DNA from: a virus
Length of the DNA: 64,000 bases
IMG/VR virus record: IMGVR_UViG_3300023174_000094
Coordinates: 1 to 64,000 of that record
Strand: one strand, 5' to 3'
Below, piece after piece: positions 58,911 to 64,000 of the stretch. Positions within the stretch are counted from its first letter, which is position 1, and the number at the start of each line of letters is the position of its first letter. A model generated the notes under the pieces. That model did no database searches, was not told the origin of the DNA, and saw nothing but the letters and a program-made list of their open reading frames with translations. The position numbers and the translations under genes are program-made.

Positions 58911-59316
58911 ATTTTATAAATATGCAGGTAATATTGTCAAGATCAAGAAAATCTCAAGAAACAAGAATAAGATTTATTTAGAAAACCTTATTGATAAGGA
59001 AACAATCGTTATTCCGTATGAGCAATCTGAAATTCTGATTACAAGGCTATACACTGTCGGTGAGGTAGCAAAAATTGTTGAGAGAAGACCAGATACTTTG
59101 AGGAAGTATGAAAGAAGAAATCTTATTCCTTCTGCAGAAAAATTTGGTGAAAAGTACATAGGTTATTCAAATTGGCGCTATTATGATCAAAGTGCAGTTT
59201 ATGAAATGGTTGAGTTCTTTAACCAAAGAGTTCAAGGTCGCCCTGTTACTAAAAAAGGTAATACGGTAGAAAATAAAATACACACATTAGAGCAAAAAGT
59301 AAAACTTCATAAGTGA
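58882..59316 (+). CDS. MerR-like HTH DNA-binding protein
   Basis: YTVGEVAKIV.R.PDTLRKYE...LIP....WRYY. Confidence 0.85.
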   Translation: MISAKPTTNKFYKYAGNIVKIKKISRNKNKIYLENLIDKETIVIPYEQSEILITRLYTVGEVAKIVERRPDTLRKYERRNLIPSAEKFGEKYIGYSNWRYYDQSAVYEMVEFFNQRVQGRPVTKKGNTVENKIHTLEQKVKLHK

Positions 59317-59323
59317 GGATGAT

Positions 59324-59533
59324 ATGAGTGAAAATATTAAAGGTACAGAAATTTGGGCATCGCTTGGAATTACCAAGAATCTTGGCAATTATGAGTCGCT
59401 AAGGCTTGATGCTGGTGCAAGGACTCAGGCTAAAGATCCTGATGATCCTGAAGCCTGGGCAAAGGTTTGGGAATCAATTGATGCTCAAATTGAAGCCAAG
59501 CTTCAAGAGCTAGATAATGAAAGCCCAAAGTGA
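59324..59533 (+). CDS. Hypothetical protein
   Basis: LG.TKNLGNYESLRLD motif; SD present. Confidence 0.7.
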   Translation: MSENIKGTEIWASLGITKNLGNYESLRLDAGARTQAKDPDDPEAWAKVWESIDAQIEAKLQELDNESPK

Positions 59534-59816
59534 TTGGCTAAACGAAGCTGTCTGTGCAAATGATGAACGACCAACAGCTTGGCTATCGTATGACATTAGC
59601 GATATACAATACGCCAAGCTTGGTTGTTCTAAATGCACTGTGAGAAAGCAATGCATTCTTAATGCATTTCGTAATGACCCATATGTAGGTGTAAACGCAG
59701 GGATATCCGAGTATGACTTTTTAATGCTTACTTGGAAGGAGGCTACAAAAGTAAATGGAAGTAACTGGAGCAGAGCTGATAAAGTTCTTCAAGGAATCGT
59801 GCGACAAGTCAAATAA
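59517..59816 (+). CDS. whiB: WhiB family transcription factor
   Basis: W...A.C...AK..C..C.V...C...A......GV.AG; four Cys. Confidence 0.82.
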   Translation: MKAQSDWLNEAVCANDERPTAWLSYDISDIQYAKLGCSKCTVRKQCILNAFRNDPYVGVNAGISEYDFLMLTWKEATKVNGSNWSRADKVLQGIVRQVK

Positions 59817-60060
59817 ATTATTTATTCCAGACTCTCCTCGCCAAGAGCAAGTAGCTGACGCTCTTGCTGGATTCTATAAGAAAGATGATTTATTCGGTGC
59901 AGTATCGGTTTATGTAAAAGCAAAGACTGGACCATTTTTAATATTTGATTTCGCTGTGGAATCTAAATCATTTGTTGATAAGGTAAAGTTTGATAAAAAA
60001 GCCGAGAACAGTTTTAAAAATATTGTAGAAGAAACAAGGAAGAGAATGGTCTCTGAATGA
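59755..60060 (+). CDS. Hypothetical protein upstream of helicase
   Basis: ORF with ATGA coupling to DnaB. Confidence 0.65.
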   Translation: MEVTGAELIKFFKESCDKSNKLFIPDSPRQEQVADALAGFYKKDDLFGAVSVYVKAKTGPFLIFDFAVESKSFVDKVKFDKKAENSFKNIVEETRKRMVSE

Positions 60061-61274
60061 ATTATGAAACAAGGTTGTTGAATGCAATTGTTGATAGCAA
60101 TGGTTATGTTGAAGCTGTCAATCAAGGTGTGGAAAATGTATTTGTAGAAAACAAAGACATTTGGAATTTTATTGTTGGGCATTATGACGAACATAAGAAA
60201 GTTCCGTCAAAAGAGACTGTTAAGCATCACTACCCCGACTTTGATTTTGTTCTGACTCCAGAGCCAATTAAGTATTACATTGATGAAGCAAAGCGTGAAT
60301 CGCTCTCTTATCAAACGAGAACGATTGTTGCCAGAGCGCATGCAATTCTAGGCGAGCTTGGTCCTAAAGATTCTCTTTCATATCTTATGGAAGAAACATC
60401 TCGTCTTTATAAATTCTCAAGCAGTCTGAAAGATACAGACCTCGCTGGTGAATGGAGAGATCGTGCATCAAATCTTAAAGAACGATCCACTAGAGATAAC
60501 AATGAACTTCAAGGTCTACCTAGCGGAATCAATGTTATTGACAAGACATTTGGCGGTTGGCAACCTGGCGACTTTATTGTTCTTCTTGGATGGACAGGAG
60601 TCGGTAAATCATTTATTGCAAGATTGTTTGCAGTAAATGCTTGGAAGGCTGGATACAGACCTCTAATCATTTCTCTTGAGATGAATAAGATGCAAGAGGG
60701 GCAGAGACTTGATACTTTGCTTAACAATGGTGAGGGTAACTTTACCAACACCGATCTTGTAAGAGCAAACCCTCTTGTTGTTGATAAGTATGAGAAGTGG
60801 GCGGAAGCTACATTTGAAGGCAAGCATGCAATCCATCTCGTAACATCAGAGGGTCTTGAGACAGCAGATCAAAACATGGTTCAGGCAAAGATTGACCAAT
60901 ACCATCCTGACTTGGTAATTCTTGATTATCACGGTTTGTTTGATGATGCCAGCGGTGCAAAGACCGAGACTGAGAAAGCAAAGAACCTATCTAAAGCTTT
61001 TAAGCGCATGGCGGTTAAGAATAATGTGCCGATCATAGATGTTGCTGCAGTAACAATGTCTGAGGGGCACTCAGAGAGACCACCAGAGCTAGAAGAAGTA
61101 GCGTGGAGTAAGCAGTTGGCTTATGACGCTGACTTAGTTCTTGCAATCCATAGAGAACCATCCTCGGATGTTTTCCAGGTTGTTTCAAGAAAGGTTAGAC
61201 GAGCCCATCACTTTGGTTTCTATCTTAGATGGAATCTAGAAACTGGTAAGTGGGCAGAGGAGTGGGATATCTAA
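60057..61274 (+). CDS. dnaB: DnaB-like replicative helicase
   Basis: GWTGVGKS, ISLEM, VILDY and YDADLV. Confidence 0.92.
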   Translation: MNYETRLLNAIVDSNGYVEAVNQGVENVFVENKDIWNFIVGHYDEHKKVPSKETVKHHYPDFDFVLTPEPIKYYIDEAKRESLSYQTRTIVARAHAILGELGPKDSLSYLMEETSRLYKFSSSLKDTDLAGEWRDRASNLKERSTRDNNELQGLPSGINVIDKTFGGWQPGDFIVLLGWTGVGKSFIARLFAVNAWKAGYRPLIISLEMNKMQEGQRLDTLLNNGEGNFTNTDLVRANPLVVDKYEKWAEATFEGKHAIHLVTSEGLETADQNMVQAKIDQYHPDLVILDYHGLFDDASGAKTETEKAKNLSKAFKRMAVKNNVPIIDVAAVTMSEGHSERPPELEEVAWSKQLAYDADLVLAIHREPSSDVFQVVSRKVRRAHHFGFYLRWNLETGKWAEEWDI

Positions 61275-61456
61275 TGGATAGTCCTGCATTAACTGGAACT
61301 GCAAAAGATATAGAAACTATTGCGAAGCTTAGACCCTGGATGGAAGATGAGGCAAGGTTAAAGTATGGCTACACAGGGAAGACCAAGTTATTCACGGACT
61401 ACGACAAGCAGTCTGACACATTCTCGTTTTCAATTGTTTTCCAAGATGAATTTTGA
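61274..61456 (+). CDS. Small hypothetical protein
   Basis: TAATG coupling. Confidence 0.55.
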   Translation: MDSPALTGTAKDIETIAKLRPWMEDEARLKYGYTGKTKLFTDYDKQSDTFSFSIVFQDEF

Positions 61457-62345
61457 AAATGAAGTAAAGGATTTATTCAATAAGTTTGGTATCCATACTC
61501 ATGGTGAGTCTGGCAATGAGTTAACCATTTATTGCCCATTCCATAAGAATAAAAACACGCCTTCTTTTTATATCAACAAGAAAACTGGGTTATGGCAATG
61601 CTTTAATCCATCGTGCGGTAAGAAAGGTAACTTCAGACAGCTCTTTCGTCAAGTTACTGGTAAGCCCTACGGTAGAGATACTGCACTTGACCCAGTAGCA
61701 TTAAAGAATCAATTAGAGCAAGCTTTAAAGCCAGTCATAACTCCAGAAGAGATTACTATTGATGGTTTAATGATTGATTACGATTCTGATTTGGCTAAGG
61801 AAAAGCTTATGCCATTTCTTGAGCGTGGTTTGTCTATGGATACATTAAGGCATTTTGAAGTTGGTTTCTCTGAGGCTAAGAATAGAATTGTTATTCCAGT
61901 AAGAAATGCTCAATACAAAGTGATTGGTCTTATTGGAAGAGCAATAAGTTCAGAGCAGGAACCTCGTTATCTTTATAACTCGGGTTTTAAACGAGCTACA
62001 ATATTATTCAATATTCAGAATGCAAAAAACTACAGTGAAGTTATTATTGTAGAGGGAAGTGTTGATGCGATGAAGGTGCATGAGGCAGGATTCCCTAATG
62101 TCGTAGCAACTCTTGGAGCGCAAGTTTCACCACAACAAGTAACAATGTTGAAGAAATATTTTGACAGAATTGTTATATTTTCTGACAATGATGACGCTGG
62201 TAAAGCAATGAGGGATGCTATACTGGATACCTGCTGTGGTAAAGAGATTTGGATTGCCGATATTGCCGATGGATTGAAAGATCCAGGGGAGATGGATGCA
62301 AACCAAATTAATAACAGTATAATTAACAAACACATAACAATATAG
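61446..62345 (+). CDS. dnaG: DNA primase (CHC2 Zn finger plus TOPRIM)
   Basis: CPFH..TPSF..WQCF..C; VEG..D; DNDDAG. Confidence 0.92.
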   Translation: MNFENEVKDLFNKFGIHTHGESGNELTIYCPFHKNKNTPSFYINKKTGLWQCFNPSCGKKGNFRQLFRQVTGKPYGRDTALDPVALKNQLEQALKPVITPEEITIDGLMIDYDSDLAKEKLMPFLERGLSMDTLRHFEVGFSEAKNRIVIPVRNAQYKVIGLIGRAISSEQEPRYLYNSGFKRATILFNIQNAKNYSEVIIVEGSVDAMKVHEAGFPNVVATLGAQVSPQQVTMLKKYFDRIVIFSDNDDAGKAMRDAILDTCCGKEIWIADIADGLKDPGEMDANQINNSIINKHITI

Positions 62346-62353
62346 GAGACAAT

Positions 62354-63001
62354 ATGTCATTTCAATCACTTAAAACCCTAAAAGACCTTGAGAGTGCAGT
62401 AGCACCAACTCAAGGCGCTAAATCAGGAGTAAAGAAATACTTTACTCTTCAGTCAGGCGATTCGTTCAGGATTCGCTTTCGTCAAGAGCTCACAGAGGAT
62501 GCTTCAAACTTCACAGAAGAAGTCGGAACTGGTATTACAGTTCCAGTTGTAACTTCACCAATCAACTGGAAGTGGAGAGTTGCATCTACCGCTTCATTTG
62601 AGAAGTACAACTATCGTTGCTGGGCTAGTGAACAGTCAGTAAAGGATAAGGCATGGAGAGCCAAGCCTCACTTGCTTATCAATATCGCAGTTGAAATTGA
62701 GCCAGGAGTATGGGAACCTCGTATCCTTGACACCACTTTTAATCAACGCCATGTTGGTCTTACACTGATTGAATACGCTAAGGAATTCGGTACCATTATG
62801 GACCGAGAGTATAAGTATTCCCGAACTGGTTCATCAGCATCGGATACAAACTACAGCCTTATTCCGCTGAGCGTATCAGAAGTGCCAAAGGGCGTTGCAG
62901 ACATGCCAATGCATGAATTGGAAAATGTCTACATGACACTTCCATATGAGAAGCAACAAATCTTCTTGACAACTGGTGAGTTGGGCAAGGATACTTGGTA
63001 A
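62354..63001 (+). CDS. Single-stranded DNA-binding protein (gp32-like)
   Basis: L..GDS..IRF, YK.SR.G....T.Y.L.P; synteny; AGGAG SD. Confidence 0.7.
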   Translation: MSFQSLKTLKDLESAVAPTQGAKSGVKKYFTLQSGDSFRIRFRQELTEDASNFTEEVGTGITVPVVTSPINWKWRVASTASFEKYNYRCWASEQSVKDKAWRAKPHLLINIAVEIEPGVWEPRILDTTFNQRHVGLTLIEYAKEFGTIMDREYKYSRTGSSASDTNYSLIPLSVSEVPKGVADMPMHELENVYMTLPYEKQQIFLTTGELGKDTW

Positions 63002-63013
63002 AAATTGTAAATT

Positions 63014-63038
63014 GGGGAGGGGGAAACCCCTCCCCTTT
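63014..63038 (+). terminator. Intrinsic terminator
   Basis: GGGGAGGGG-GAAA-CCCCTCCCC-TTT. Confidence 0.85.
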
Positions 63039-63052
63039 GACAAAGGATTTTT

Positions 63053-63580
63053 GTGAAGCGTAAAACTATCGCTCTTGACCTTGATGGCGTAATTGCCGAC
63101 ATTGATACTGCAATTACAGATTATTTGTGGTACACATTTGGTGTAGACAATGAAGACTATAGTAGCTGGTTAATTAGCGATACAAAAGATGAAAACGCTC
63201 TAAAGTTATTTTCAGATAAACTATTCTGGAAAAATATGAAACCATTTGAAGACGCATGGTATCAAGTTAATAAATGGTTTTCCGATGATGTTGATATTCA
63301 CATTGTAACTGCAAGGCGGTCAGAAGCTTCAGTAAGCATGACAGAGCCCTGGCTTGATGGATGGGGTATTAATACATTAATACCTACATTTGCCAAAATA
63401 AACGAGAAGCATGAAGTTATATCTAAGATAGATCCCATCTTTGCTGTTGAAGATAACCCTTACGAAGTTATCTCGCTAAGAGATCATGGGATTAACTGTT
63501 ACCTCAGAAAAGCATGGTACAATAAGCCATTCTGGAATGAAGTACCTTGTATTGAAACACTCTACGATTTGGAGATTTAA
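63053..63580 (+). CDS. HAD 5'(3')-deoxyribonucleotidase-like
   Basis: DLDGVIAD, IVTAR, K and VEDNP. Confidence 0.85.
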   Translation: MKRKTIALDLDGVIADIDTAITDYLWYTFGVDNEDYSSWLISDTKDENALKLFSDKLFWKNMKPFEDAWYQVNKWFSDDVDIHIVTARRSEASVSMTEPWLDGWGINTLIPTFAKINEKHEVISKIDPIFAVEDNPYEVISLRDHGINCYLRKAWYNKPFWNEVPCIETLYDLEI

Positions 63581-64000
63581 GTGACAGATTTTGTTCACCT
63601 GCACTGCCATAGCGAGCACTCGCTACTGGATGGAATGTCAACGCCCGAAGAGATTGCACAGATTTCAAGCTCAAATGGTCAGTTTGCTGCTGCCATTACT
63701 GATCATGGGACAATGGGTGGTGTTCTAAGATTCCAGGATGCATGTAGAAAAAATAATGTAAGACCATTGTTTGGTGTTGAATCGTATTTTGTACCATCAG
63801 TTAAAAGTGATAGTGATGATAAGAGCGAAAGATTTCACTTGATTCTTCTTGCCAAGAACAATCAAGGACTCAATAAGTTATTCAAAATGTCTCAAATTGG
63901 ATGGCAGGATAACTTCTATTACAAGCCAAGAATTGACTTTGAACTTCTTGAGGACTTGGTTGATGATGATGTAATTGCATTGTCGGGCTGCAGAGGAAGC
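63581..64000 (+). CDS. dnaE: DNA polymerase III alpha subunit, N-terminal PHP domain (partial)
   Basis: GTG start; FVHLHCHSEHSLLDG, AITDHG, GVE and HLILLAKN. Confidence 0.93.
   Translation, partial: MTDFVHLHCHSEHSLLDGMSTPEEIAQISSSNGQFAAAITDHGTMGGVLRFQDACRKNNVRPLFGVESYFVPSVKSDSDDKSERFHLILLAKNNQGLNKLFKMSQIGWQDNFYYKPRIDFELLEDLVDDDVIALSGCRGS

Noticed and set aside
1-64000. Prophage or host chromosome
   Set aside because: No integrase, att pair or host housekeeping block; DnaE, DnaB and NrdJ lie in phage-type synteny. Lifestyle cannot be settled from a partial genome.

Overview
This is 64 kb of a large, AT-rich (high-30s %GC by eye) tailed dsDNA phage of siphovirus type. The host is most likely an actinobacterium, inferred from a WhiB gene, many leaderless promoters, an M15 endolysin and a gene order like large Streptomyces/Rhodococcus-type phages. 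The left ~6.8 kb is a minus-strand arm with tRNA-Asn, two 2OG-Fe(II) oxygenases, an FkbM methyltransferase, an Nmad1/DUF1599 gene and a Cys-rich multi-domain protein. A palindromic repeat array at ~6.9 kb marks the strand switch. The rest is plus strand, in this order: GT4 glycosyltransferase, class II RNR, portal, prohead protease, major capsid, a very large set of fibre/decoration genes interleaved with modifying enzymes and a lysis cassette, neck/tail genes (-1 frameshifted chaperone, 1878-aa tape measure), HNH, phosphoesterase, MerR-like, WhiB, DnaB, primase, SSB, HAD nucleotidase and the start of DnaE. Best candidates for new biology: (1) a prohead protease-scaffold polyprotein carrying an intact-looking Dps/ferritin domain plus other small domains separated by putative protease sites, with a second Cys-rich polyprotein built the same way (head-packaged iron/redox cargo); (2) three fibre/tail-tip genes each followed by their own tailoring enzymes (sulfotransferase-like, 2OG oxygenases, GNAT); (3) a modular, recombination-anchored fibre kit. 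All assignments come from motif recognition by eye; no searches were run.
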